Shown piece by piece: positions 28,957-38,804 of a DNA stretch of 64,000 nt (positions are counted from its first letter, which is position 1; each line of letters starts with the position of its first letter). The notes below the pieces were generated by a model that was given only the letters and a program-made list of their open reading frames with translations, ran no database searches and had not been told where the DNA came from. Position numbers and translations under genes: made by a program. The DNA comes from Deltaproteobacteria bacterium (GTDB taxonomy: Bacteria > Myxococcota_A > Polyangia > HGW-17 > SLPX01): positions 10,043 through 74,042 of the forward strand of contig JAGGXR010000063.1 in assembly GCA_021162935.1 (NCBI GenBank), read 5' to 3'.

Positions 28957-29955
28957 TCAGACGGTCGAAACCATGGCTTCAGCGTCTTCGTCCGGATCAA
29001 TGGTGAAAATGTGGAGAGAGTGGGCGTCGTAGTACGGATCCTTGGCGTTCTTGCGGAGGTCGAAGAGGCAGATGACTTCCGTGGTCTCACCTGGTTTCAC
29101 ATTGGCTACGAAGCGGGACACGGATTGCATGACGAAGTAGAGTCCAAGGCCGGCGCCCAAATTCGGGTCGCGGAGGGGCTGGCCTTTTTCTTCGGAGGCT
29201 CGGACGAGCTGATCGAGTACCTTGTTTTTTCTGAGTTGGCCGTAACTATCTTGGACCGAGAGGGCCAGGAATCGACCGTCACAGGCGTATCTGAGCAGGA
29301 CAGATTCGGAGCCTACCGCACCCCCTCCCGGTATCGCCCGCTTCATGAGATCGGCCCTGGACGCCCCCTGTGCCAGGACGGGTGCGTCGTAGAGGGCATT
29401 CATGAGGAGTTCGTCCGCCACCACTTCGATTCGGCTGATGGCATGTCGCCGGATGCCGACGGATTGGGCGAAATCGGCGATTTTCTGGACGGCCGCGCGT
29501 TTTTCGTCGTAGGTCGCAATGGTAGCCTCGTGGGCCACTGTTCCCCAAGTAAGGTATTTTTCCAAACCAAAAATATCGTGGGAAAGCAGCTTGATGCTGG
29601 TGACCACGAGTTCATCCTCTTCGAGAGGCGCTTCCCGGCACAGTAGGTTGTCGCACTGCTCCTGGTAGAGCAGGTTCAGTCCTTCCTCCCAGCGTTCCCA
29701 GTTACCCACGAGCAGGAGATTGGCAGGCCAGGTGACCGAGGCCATGAGTTTGGTCACGGCGTCCGTGTCCGCCGACTGTTGATCCACGATGATGATGGCG
29801 GGGTGAAGTTTACTGAGGTTGGACAGGTCATCACATGAGTCAGCGAAGGTCACTTGCGTTCCGGTGGCCTGGAGCGTTCTGCGGACCATACGGCGCAACT
29901 TGACGTCATTGGTGACGCAGACACACGTATCGATCATTTTCATAGGAGACTTCAT
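28957..29955 (-). CDS. Degenerate receiver-like domain fused to a GHKL ATPase, paralog 2
   Basis: Receiver-like N-terminus (AIIIVDQQSADTDAV, acidic pocket degenerate CVTND). N-box ELLMNALYDAP and G2 LGAGLGLYFV. Divergently transcribed from the 2068-aa TPR gene. Confidence 0.55.
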   Translation of the reverse strand: MKSPMKMIDTCVCVTNDVKLRRMVRRTLQATGTQVTFADSCDDLSNLSKLHPAIIIVDQQSADTDAVTKLMASVTWPANLLLVGNWERWEEGLNLLYQEQCDNLLCREAPLEEDELVVTSIKLLSHDIFGLEKYLTWGTVAHEATIATYDEKRAAVQKIADFAQSVGIRRHAISRIEVVADELLMNALYDAPVLAQGASRADLMKRAIPGGGAVGSESVLLRYACDGRFLALSVQDSYGQLRKNKVLDQLVRASEEKGQPLRDPNLGAGLGLYFVMQSVSRFVANVKPGETTEVICLFDLRKNAKDPYYDAHSLHIFTIDPDEDAEAMVSTV

Positions 29956-30406
29956 CAATTTTCAGTCTACCTGCATTTTTACTATTTCTCAACTTTTTTT
30001 CGCCGTCTTTTTGCGTATCTTTGTCGTTTTTTACTTCGGTTTCTGGCCGGTCATGGGAAACACTGGGCTCGGTCGGTGGAAATACGGGTTATGAGTCCGG
30101 TCGGTTGATGGCATCGGCCCCCATCGAATTGCTGGCTCGTTGACGTATGACTTGCATGCATGCTGATTTTTGCGAGATACCCTGGAATCGTTTGCTTCAT
30201 GGTTGTGGCCGGAGCAGAACGGAGATATGGTGCCCTGGTGACCTATCGGGAGCATGTGAATGTCTGTTGGCGCATCGGGCGTCGGGGTATGTGGCTGACA
30301 AGGAATCGTGCCTGGTGCCACAGATAGATGGCACGCTTCGCCTCGTGGTTGTGATTCTGGTGAATTGTTGTAGTTTTTTGATGCATCAGCCCTGAAGAGG
30401 GGAGAC

Positions 30407-33400
30407 ATGGAGAAAAGAAGGATCGGCCAAGGTAAGGCCATACAGGAGCGCAGCATCGAGGCGGACATGATGGAAGTGTCTGCTTTGCTGGCGCGGGAAG
30501 CACGGGAGTTCCCTGATCGAGACCGTCGTGAGGCGTTGTATCTGAGATTGGCAGTGATCTGTTGGATCCTGTTCGAGGACCTGGATGCCGCTCTTCGCTA
30601 TCTGGATGAGATCGAGTCGCTGTCGGCCGATGGATACCTGTTCAAGAGAAGTTTGTTGTTGGCGGCAGGAGACAGGGTCGGGTTGCGTCGTTTGCTCGAT
30701 TTATCCGTGTCCGAAGGCGTTTGTGCGAGTATTTCTTCGTGTACGCTGGCGGCGGCCGAGACCTTCGCCTTCGTCGAGCAGGATTGGCAAAAGACAGCAG
30801 CTCGTTCGAAGCATATGTTTGGGGGACCGTTCGATGAATCCCTGAACGAGTTGGTCACCTTGGCGCTTGAAATGGCCAAGGACCGCAAGGCCCTCATGCG
30901 GCATTTATCGGAACATGGAGGCATGGCGGGGCATTTCAGGTTGGCGACGATCGTTGGCGACGTGGAGGAACACCGCGAGGAATCCATGCGTATCCTGCGG
31001 GAAATGCTCGATACGCTGCAGGGGGCGGATGAGCATGACTCCTCGACGGAGGCGATGACCAGGTTGGTGTTGGAACGGTTGTGGGAGTTGAACTTCGTCC
31101 GTCCGCCGCTGCGGATTCCTGCCGCTGTGGGCGTCGATTGCCTTTTGGGAAAGAAGTTGGAGCTATTGGGGGACGTGCCCGAGGAGATGTCCGAGGCAAA
31201 CGTGGTGCGGTATCTCCTTGCCCAATGGCACCGGGAACAGGGGGCCCTGGATCGAACGGCCGAGATGCTGGAGTCATTGGCGCAATCCGAGAACCGTTGG
31301 GGGCGGTGTCTCGCGTTAGAGTCGCGCCGTGCGGTCGCCGTGGAGCGAGCCCAGTGGAAGGAACTTTCTGGCTTCTATTCTGAATTGGCAGATGAACTGA
31401 CCGGTTCGTCCTGGAGCGGTGTCTATCGTTTTCGAGCTGCGGAATTGGCGGAGTGCTCCTATTCGACTGACGAAGAGGTGGAAACACTCGCTCGTCAGGC
31501 GCTTGCGGACCTGAAGGATGGAGCACAGGCTCTTGCGATGTTGGAGCGAATCCTGGCCAGGCGCGGCGACGTTGCTGGGCTGGCGGATCTGTTCGAAGCA
31601 GCAGCGGAACGCACGGGGAAGCATCATTACGCCCGTTGGGCGGCACATGTCGTCGAGTTTCAGGTCTCCGACCCGGAGCGGGCCAAGGCGCTTCGATTCT
31701 TTGGGACTACGGATCCTTCGTTTGAGGACCTGTTGGACCGGGTTCGGGTCGAATGGCGGCTCCATCACGCGGACCAGGTGCGGACGTTGTGCGAGACGCT
31801 TGCTGGCTGCGCCATACAGCAAGGGGATGGGGACAGCGGGAAATGGTGGTCGTCGATATGGTCGCTGGCCGCAGGGCTGTCTGCCCTGCGGGTCGAGGAC
31901 GGCATGGAGGCCGAGCGCTTGTTGAAGCAGGCCGTGGATGCGGACTCTTCGGAGCCGGTGGCTTCCATGGCCTTGGCGGTTTTCTATCGCCGTTGGGGGC
32001 AATGGGATGCGGCGATCGAGCGGCTCGAAATGGTCGGAGATCTTCTTAGGTCCACGGCCGCCAAGGTGCATGCCCTGCGAACTCTGGCTCGGGTTGCCGG
32101 GATGCACACCGACCGCACCGACTTGGCCGAAAAGAGTCTGGAAAAGGCGCTGGAGTTGACCCCGGACGATCCGGCTGTCCTCCATGAAATGGCGTTGCTG
32201 GCCGACAAGAGAGAGGATTTCGAACGGGGGCTGCAGCTTCGTCACAAGGCTGCGACGTTGCTCGAGGGCAGCTTCCGTGCCGCCGTCTTGTGGGCTGAAA
32301 TCGGTCGTAGTTATGCGGAACATGGCGACGATGAGGCCGCCGAAAAGGCGTTTGTTCGGTCATTGGATGTGGACGAGAGCCAGATGGATGTTCTGACCGA
32401 TCTCAGTGACATCTACCGCAGACAGCGTCGATGGCCGGAATTGCTCGAATCGGTTCAGCTGCTGCTGGAGCGGGACGAGGAACACGCGGCGGATCTCCAT
32501 GTCGAGGCAGCGCGGCTCGTTCTGAGACAGCACATGGATACGAGCGAGGCTCTTGGCCATTATCGGACCGCGCTCGAGATCAATCCTGAGCATGACAAAG
32601 CCCTCAATGGGCTTGAACGCCTCTGCCGACGAGAAGGGCGTTGGGCGGACCTGATCGACGCGCTTCGCAAGGTGCCCGCAAATGCTGATCGGGTCACCAT
32701 GTTGCTCAATGCATTCGAACGTCTGTCACAGTGGGACGAACTCATCGAGGTGGCGGAGAAGCGCATCGAGGAGACTGGAGATGTGAGTGAGGTGGCTGAG
32801 CTTGCGAGGCGCATCGCCAGCGTCTATGAGTCACAGCTCGGTCAGCCCGATGATGCATTGACCTGGTACAAGAAGGCGTTCGTCGCCAACCCCGGGGACC
32901 GTGAGGTTGCTGCGGTTTACGAAAAGTACTTGAGTCGGGAGGAGCGCTGGGAGGATCTGGCCGAGGCGCTCAAGAGAGAGGTCCAGGTCCTTTCCGACGA
33001 CAAGAAACGTGCCCTGAAGGTGCGCAGGAGATTGGCCGACGTGTTGGCGGACCGTCTTGGGCAGGTTGGGGAGGCGGTTTCCGTTCTGGAACAGGTCGAC
33101 AAGGATGGAGAAGCCAATGAAGATATTTGGCTTCGATTGGCCGACCTGTATGGCCGACTGGGGCGTGTCAAGGATGAACTGGATGTCCTGGAACGGATTG
33201 CTGGGTCCAGTCGAGACCGCGACATGCAGGTGTCCCTGCTCGTCCGGGCGGGAAAGGTTCGAGAGGAGAAAGGGGACGACGAGGGCGCTCTGCAGACGTA
33301 TATCCGTGCCTTCCAGCTCGACCCCGCTCACCGGGATGCTTTTACGGCTGTCGAGCGTCTCTGTTACAAGCTCAAGGTATGGAAGGAGACGTTGGACCTC

Positions 33401-36400
33401 TACAATCGTGCCATCGAGTTGGTGGAACAGCAGGGTAGCAGGGCCTATCGACTGGCGGATCTCTATGCCCGCCGTGGGCAGCTCCAATTGCAGTATATGT
33501 CCCAGCCGGGTGAGGCTGCGGCATCGTATCTCAAGGTCCTGGAGCTTGATCCCAATGAGGACAGGACGGTCAAGTTTCTCGAGTCTATTTTCTCGGAAGA
33601 AGGCGACTGGGAAGGCCTCATGGCGGGCTATGACTATCGTATCAGTCTTCTCGACGATCCAAAAAAGAGGGCCGAGACCTACCGGAGAGCCGCTCGGGTA
33701 GCGGCGGGAAAACTCAACGATCAGAAGCGGGCTTCAGAGTACTACGCGGGCCTGCTCAAGGATGCGCCGGGTGACGACGAGGCACTCGACGCCCTGGAAC
33801 GCCATTATGAACGGAACAGGTTGTGGGAGGAATTGGCGAACATTCTTTTGATGAAGCTGGAGCGCCCGGCTGAGAAAGAAATTCGGGTGGCTCGCTATCT
33901 GCGGCTCGGTCTGATTTATGAAGAAGGGCTCCAGGACGCACAACGGGCCGTGGATGCCTACAAGCAGGGGTTGGAACTCGATCCGAATAATGTGAAAGCG
34001 CTCGAATCGCTTGCTCGCATCTACGAGGCGACCGAGCGTTGGGCCGAGTTCGTGGACGTGGCTCGAAAGCAAATACGGCAAACGGGCGACCGGAATTCCA
34101 AGGCGCTGCTCTACTTCAAATGCGGTTCGGTCATGGAGGCAAAGTTCTCCAAGGAGAACGACGCCATTCGGTATTATAAGGCGGCCATCAAGACTTCGCC
34201 GTCCTGTCTGCCTGCCGTCCACGGGCTTCGCGATCTCTATCTCAGGAAGCAGGAATGGCAGAGGGTCTTGGAGACCCTCGAATTGGAGACGAAGCTGTGG
34301 CAGGAACCTCGTGAAAAGGCCGGTGTCTTCGCCCAGATCGGGAAGGTCTACCTGGATGGCTTGGGCGATTCCCAGAAGGCACGCCGCTATTTCGAGTCCG
34401 CACGAAACCTGGATCCTGAATCCGTTCCTGCTGTGCGTGCCCTGTTCGACATGGCATTCGACTCGCAGAATTGGTCCCGGGCTGTCGAATTGGCTTCATT
34501 GCTCGGACAGAAGGCGATGCGGGAGGGAGAGCCGGCCGAGCGAAGCGAATTTTATCGCAAACGTGGCGTCGTGGCCGAGAAGACGCGGCATTTTCAAGCG
34601 GCGGCGGAGAATTACGTGGCCGCGTTGGATGCCAGGCCCGAGAATCTGGCCGCGTTGGATGCGTTGACCGCGCTGTGTCGCAGTCACCCCTCGGCGTATG
34701 AGTATCAAGATGTGTTCAAGGAATTGGACCACCGATACAAACGCATGGCGTGGCCCGAGGCTCAGGCCCGTATCTTGGTGGCGCGAGGCGCTCTCCAGGA
34801 GCAGTCATACCAGATCGACGAGGCCGAATCTTCCTATCGACAGGCCGTTACCTTGGCGCCTGGCGACCTGAGTGTTCTTGGTTCCATGGTGGACCTGCTG
34901 TATCGGTTGAGACGTTGGTCGGACGCCGTGAAGTTGCTCGAGGAATTCGTACGGCGTTCTGGGGTGTCTCAGGACGATCGGGTGCAGGCTCTCGTTCGTG
35001 CCGGCGGCATCATGTCCGAGGGTGCCATGGACACGAGGGCGGCTGAGAAGTTGTTTCTCAGAGCCCTTCGCCTTCAGTCTCGGAGTCGGGATGCGCTTTA
35101 CGGATTGGCTCAGGAGTTGGTGCTTCAGCGTCGGCTCCAGGAGGCCCAGCGGCGTTGCGCGGAATTGATCGAAGTAGCGGCGGATCCTGCGCATACGGCG
35201 CCGCCGGAAGACTTGGGGCTATACTACTATTACCAGGGCCGCATTTTCGAGGCCATGGGAGATGCTCGAAAAGCTGGCTTGAGCTACAGAAGGGCGGCTG
35301 ATCTGAATCCGGGATACCCACCTCCAGTCATTGCGTTGGGAGAACGGTATCTTCGTGAGGGAGATATTCGTCAGGCGGAGTCTCTGTTGTCGTCCTCGTC
35401 AGTGTCTGCCGAAGAGGTTGGCAGGTTCGAAGAAGCGCTGGAATTGCGCCGTGCCCTCGCGCGCCTCCAGGCCGAAAGCGGTAACCTGGATGCGGCCATC
35501 GGCGAATTGCGCGCCATCGTGGCCGACGATCGCGGAAAGGTCGATGATCGGATAGGCCTGGCCCGATTGTATCTTCGGACCAAGGATGGGTCCGCCGCCG
35601 CGATCGAACAGTTGCTGTCGGCTTTGGAGCAGGAGCCGGCGAACGTTCTGGCGATTCAACTGCTTGCCTCTGTCTGGGCGACCCAAGAACAGTGGGATGC
35701 CGTGCGCCGAGCCTGGGACGTCATGCTGTTGCTCGGACGTTCCGGGGACGTTCCAGAGCAGGCGACAGCCACGGTGCGGCCGAGCATGGAGGCGATGCCT
35801 CATTTGCGCGTCAGCGACGAGGTGACCCAGATTGCATCTCGATTTTCAGGACCGTTCGAGAATCTGTTTCGGGCGATCCGGGGGGGCGTCGACCTGATCT
35901 ACCCCGTGACGTACATTGGCAAGAATCACGTTCCATATACGGATGCGGAAGTGCCAGGTTTCGTCGAGGAGACTCGGTGGCTTCTCAATGCATTTGGTTG
36001 GAAGGATCGCGCGGACGTGTTTGTCGCGGAAGATGTTCCCGGGCGTCTGTCGCTGATGACCAAAGGAGAACGGGTTCAGGTCGTGCTCGATCGTGTGTTC
36101 GTCTCGGGCGACATTGGGATCGTGCGTTTTGCTTTGGCCAAAGCACTTGCGTACGAGCGATTCGGACTGACCGTGTTGGGGCGTCTCGGCCCGAAAGAAC
36201 GCAACGAAGTCGGGCAACTGCTCTTGGGGATTGCGGTGCCTGCAGAGAAGCGTCTTCCTCAAGTTGTGGAGTTCCTCGATGCACTGCCTCGCAAGGAGCA
36301 CAAGGCTGCGGATCGGATTGCTCTCGCCGCCGGGGAAGACATGCTTCTTGCCAGCCCAAGGCAGTGGATGCGGGACGTGGATCGGAGTACCGAGCGACTG

Positions 36401-36613
36401 GCGCTTGCCTTTTTGGATGACATAGTTTTAGCGTTGAAAGCCATGGCTTTGATGCAGGCCGAAGAAATGGTCATCGAATCGGGACAGAATCTGGCACTTG
36501 TTTACGGCGTGGATGGGGCGTGGGAACTGCTTCCATATTATATTGGCCCCGACCAGGCCAGGGCCATCGTGGCACTTTCGTCCGAGCCGGATCAGAAACC
36601 GGTGCAGAATTAG
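30407..36613 (+). CDS. Giant TPR-repeat protein (2068 aa) with a non-TPR C-terminal domain of about 250 aa
   Basis: One continuous ORF. Dozens of 34-aa TPR-like repeats throughout (for example AYIRAFQLDPAHRDAF, ASYLKVLELDPNE). RBS ggggag. The stop TAG at 36611-36613 lies inside the MITE terminus. Confidence 0.7.
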   Translation: MEKRRIGQGKAIQERSIEADMMEVSALLAREAREFPDRDRREALYLRLAVICWILFEDLDAALRYLDEIESLSADGYLFKRSLLLAAGDRVGLRRLLDLSVSEGVCASISSCTLAAAETFAFVEQDWQKTAARSKHMFGGPFDESLNELVTLALEMAKDRKALMRHLSEHGGMAGHFRLATIVGDVEEHREESMRILREMLDTLQGADEHDSSTEAMTRLVLERLWELNFVRPPLRIPAAVGVDCLLGKKLELLGDVPEEMSEANVVRYLLAQWHREQGALDRTAEMLESLAQSENRWGRCLALESRRAVAVERAQWKELSGFYSELADELTGSSWSGVYRFRAAELAECSYSTDEEVETLARQALADLKDGAQALAMLERILARRGDVAGLADLFEAAAERTGKHHYARWAAHVVEFQVSDPERAKALRFFGTTDPSFEDLLDRVRVEWRLHHADQVRTLCETLAGCAIQQGDGDSGKWWSSIWSLAAGLSALRVEDGMEAERLLKQAVDADSSEPVASMALAVFYRRWGQWDAAIERLEMVGDLLRSTAAKVHALRTLARVAGMHTDRTDLAEKSLEKALELTPDDPAVLHEMALLADKREDFERGLQLRHKAATLLEGSFRAAVLWAEIGRSYAEHGDDEAAEKAFVRSLDVDESQMDVLTDLSDIYRRQRRWPELLESVQLLLERDEEHAADLHVEAARLVLRQHMDTSEALGHYRTALEINPEHDKALNGLERLCRREGRWADLIDALRKVPANADRVTMLLNAFERLSQWDELIEVAEKRIEETGDVSEVAELARRIASVYESQLGQPDDALTWYKKAFVANPGDREVAAVYEKYLSREERWEDLAEALKREVQVLSDDKKRALKVRRRLADVLADRLGQVGEAVSVLEQVDKDGEANEDIWLRLADLYGRLGRVKDELDVLERIAGSSRDRDMQVSLLVRAGKVREEKGDDEGALQTYIRAFQLDPAHRDAFTAVERLCYKLKVWKETLDLYNRAIELVEQQGSRAYRLADLYARRGQLQLQYMSQPGEAAASYLKVLELDPNEDRTVKFLESIFSEEGDWEGLMAGYDYRISLLDDPKKRAETYRRAARVAAGKLNDQKRASEYYAGLLKDAPGDDEALDALERHYERNRLWEELANILLMKLERPAEKEIRVARYLRLGLIYEEGLQDAQRAVDAYKQGLELDPNNVKALESLARIYEATERWAEFVDVARKQIRQTGDRNSKALLYFKCGSVMEAKFSKENDAIRYYKAAIKTSPSCLPAVHGLRDLYLRKQEWQRVLETLELETKLWQEPREKAGVFAQIGKVYLDGLGDSQKARRYFESARNLDPESVPAVRALFDMAFDSQNWSRAVELASLLGQKAMREGEPAERSEFYRKRGVVAEKTRHFQAAAENYVAALDARPENLAALDALTALCRSHPSAYEYQDVFKELDHRYKRMAWPEAQARILVARGALQEQSYQIDEAESSYRQAVTLAPGDLSVLGSMVDLLYRLRRWSDAVKLLEEFVRRSGVSQDDRVQALVRAGGIMSEGAMDTRAAEKLFLRALRLQSRSRDALYGLAQELVLQRRLQEAQRRCAELIEVAADPAHTAPPEDLGLYYYYQGRIFEAMGDARKAGLSYRRAADLNPGYPPPVIALGERYLREGDIRQAESLLSSSSVSAEEVGRFEEALELRRALARLQAESGNLDAAIGELRAIVADDRGKVDDRIGLARLYLRTKDGSAAAIEQLLSALEQEPANVLAIQLLASVWATQEQWDAVRRAWDVMLLLGRSGDVPEQATATVRPSMEAMPHLRVSDEVTQIASRFSGPFENLFRAIRGGVDLIYPVTYIGKNHVPYTDAEVPGFVEETRWLLNAFGWKDRADVFVAEDVPGRLSLMTKGERVQVVLDRVFVSGDIGIVRFALAKALAYERFGLTVLGRLGPKERNEVGQLLLGIAVPAEKRLPQVVEFLDALPRKEHKAADRIALAAGEDMLLASPRQWMRDVDRSTERLALAFLDDIVLALKAMALMQAEEMVIESGQNLALVYGVDGAWELLPYYIGPDQARAIVALSSEPDQKPVQN

Positions 36614-36775
36614 GAGGCTGGTCAGAATGAATCTGCCATCTGGAACGCCGATTCATCCCGTCTGGCTTTGTCGCTCCTCGGTTGCGTACCACCCGGTACG
36701 CGCCCTCGTCGCTTCGTGCCAGACGGGTGCCTCGACGCCCCAAATTGGCAACCCTATTTTGAACAGCCTCCTTAG
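36610..36775. mobile_element. MITE-like element, full copy B (166 bp), inverted relative to copy A
   Basis: Runs ttaggaggctggtcagaat ... ttttgaacagcctccttag. About 93% identical to the reverse complement of 2931-3095. Abuts or overlaps the 3' end of the giant TPR gene. Confidence 0.8.
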
Positions 36776-36907
36776 CCAGTTGTGTCGGTGTCTGGAACCG
36801 CACCAGTGAGCTTCTGGACAACAAGAGTTTTTGTGGATAGTATTGCATCATATGTCAACAGCACATGCTAACCAAATACGCGGCGCTTTTGTGACAGCAG
36901 AGGTCCC

Positions 36908-37846
36908 ATGAATCAGAAATTTCAGGCTACGATTCAACAGCGTGACGATGTGACCTACCTAAAACTGTCGGGGGTCATTGATGAAGACAATGAGTTGTTC
37001 GACATTCTGGACAGTGTCGGGCCGGGGTCTGCGGTCATCAATCTGTCCGAAATCGAGCGGATCAATTCCTGTGGCGTTCGCGACTGGGTGAATTGGTTGA
37101 ACAAGCTGGAGAAGAAGGGGTCCAAGGTGGTCTTGGTGGAGTGCAGTCCAGCCATTGTCGCCCAGATTAACCTGGTCAACAACTTCACCGGAAACGGCAT
37201 CGTCAAGAGCTTCTATGCTCCGTATTTTTGTCCGGCCTGCGATCTCGAAAAAGTCCTCCTCGTGGACATGGATGATGTGGCCGGCATGGATGAGCCCAAG
37301 GCTCCCATCTGCCGTTGCGATGAATGCGATGGTGTGATGGATTTCGATGACATGGAGGAGTCGTATTTCGCGTTCGTTTCGACGGCGCACAAAGGGGCCG
37401 TCGACGCCCATGTGACCAAGGTCGTTTCGGAATTGGCCGAGGACGACGGATCCGGCGGAGGTCGGGTCAAGACTCGGAAGTCGTCGAGTTTTTCTTCGGT
37501 GGGTTCGTCGCGGAGTCGGACTGGGTCGCAGGTTTCGAGTGTGTCGTTACCGTCCCTTCCGTCGGTGCCGTCGCTTCCATCTCTTCCTTCTTTGTCCAGT
37601 ATTGAACAATCACGTCCGGGGCACGGTGGGAACTCGGCCCCGATGGCTCCGGCTCCACGTTCCGCCAAGACGAATCTCGTCCTGATCGTGGTGGCCATTC
37701 TCCTGCTCGTTGCTATCGTCATGCTCGCTTACGTGATTTTTGGCATGAACAGCAAGGGCCATGGGTCGGATTCAGCGGCTGTCGTCCTGGGATTGTTGGA
37801 GGCTGGTTCGGCTGCAGGAACCTACAGAAGTAGTTCTTTTTTGTAA
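36908..37846 (+). CDS. Membrane-anchored STAS-like domain plus Cys4 zinc-ribbon protein
   Basis: [21 protein letters not shown]...[22 protein letters not shown] then [11 protein letters not shown]...CRCDECDG. Ser/Pro-rich linker ([19 protein letters not shown]). TM segment [24 protein letters not shown]. Confidence 0.6.
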   Translation: MNQKFQATIQQRDDVTYLKLSGVIDEDNELFDILDSVGPGSAVINLSEIERINSCGVRDWVNWLNKLEKKGSKVVLVECSPAIVAQINLVNNFTGNGIVKSFYAPYFCPACDLEKVLLVDMDDVAGMDEPKAPICRCDECDGVMDFDDMEESYFAFVSTAHKGAVDAHVTKVVSELAEDDGSGGGRVKTRKSSSFSSVGSSRSRTGSQVSSVSLPSLPSVPSLPSLPSLSSIEQSRPGHGGNSAPMAPAPRSAKTNLVLIVVAILLLVAIVMLAYVIFGMNSKGHGSDSAAVVLGLLEAGSAAGTYRSSSFL

Positions 37847-38358
37847 TCCACGAGTTCTTTTTGGACCCCAAGGAGGGCCTCGTTGCTGGACAGGAGTTGT
37901 CTGGTCCGTTCCTGAACTTTCTCGACGAGACGTTCTCGTTCTCGTGCCTCCGTTTCCAGCATTTCTTGGTACTTGATCTGCACCATGGCTTCGTCAGTGA
38001 CGTTTCGGAGAATGACGAGCGCCCCGGTGATGGTTCCGTTGTCATCGCGGAGGGGAATACCGCTCATGATCATGTTGATGGCGTCTTCGGACTCCTTGGG
38101 CTTCCCGACGATTTCATCGAGGCGGACGTGGCGGCCTGCGTCCATGCATTCGGCCCCGATGTCCCGTTCGATTTCCATCACTTGCCCGAGCGTCTTCCCC
38201 TTGAGTTTTCTAGCGATATTTCTCGGGAAGAGACCGTAAAACATACGGTTGAATGCTAGGATATGACCTTCTTTGTCCACGATATAGTAGGCGTCGATGA
38301 TGACGTCACTGAATTTTGCAAAGGTTTCGATCAAGTCCATATCGTCCACACCTTCCAA
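37822..38358 (-). CDS. PAS-domain protein with a C-terminal coiled coil
   Basis: 178 aa. PAS-like core ([25 protein letters not shown]...[13 protein letters not shown]) followed by a heptad-rich tail. Confidence 0.5.
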   Translation of the reverse strand: MEGVDDMDLIETFAKFSDVIIDAYYIVDKEGHILAFNRMFYGLFPRNIARKLKGKTLGQVMEIERDIGAECMDAGRHVRLDEIVGKPKESEDAINMIMSGIPLRDDNGTITGALVILRNVTDEAMVQIKYQEMLETEARERERLVEKVQERTRQLLSSNEALLGVQKELVDYKKELLL

Positions 38359-38804
38359 ATCCGAATCAGTTCTAGTGAGACATATCTACGATCCGCGCGT
38401 CCAAAAGTCAAAAGGTAGACGGTTCGATGGGGGCCTAGGAACGATTCATGGTCACGGAGCAGGGCACCGTCGTTCTGCCAGCCTTCCTTGGGGCCATACC
38501 ACTGCTTGGTCTCCAAATCTTGGATCGTTTCTAAGTGGGTGCCCGATAGCCGTTGACCTTTGCCGGTATCGTCCGTAATATCGCCACAGTGAGTGGGGTA
38601 CTGGACTTGGCCCGCTGGATGTGGCGATGAGGTTCGTTTGATAATGGGTTGCTAGGCAGCGACCCTGCTCGCGAGGCTGTCAAGGCTTGAGGAAGGCGCG
38701 TGTCGAGCTTATTTCCATGAAAAGCTGCCGCCTGTTTTGATAGATGCAGCCCCGGATGTTGAGACAATCGTGACCGACTTTTCTAGGTATTGAGGTGTAT
38801 GACC

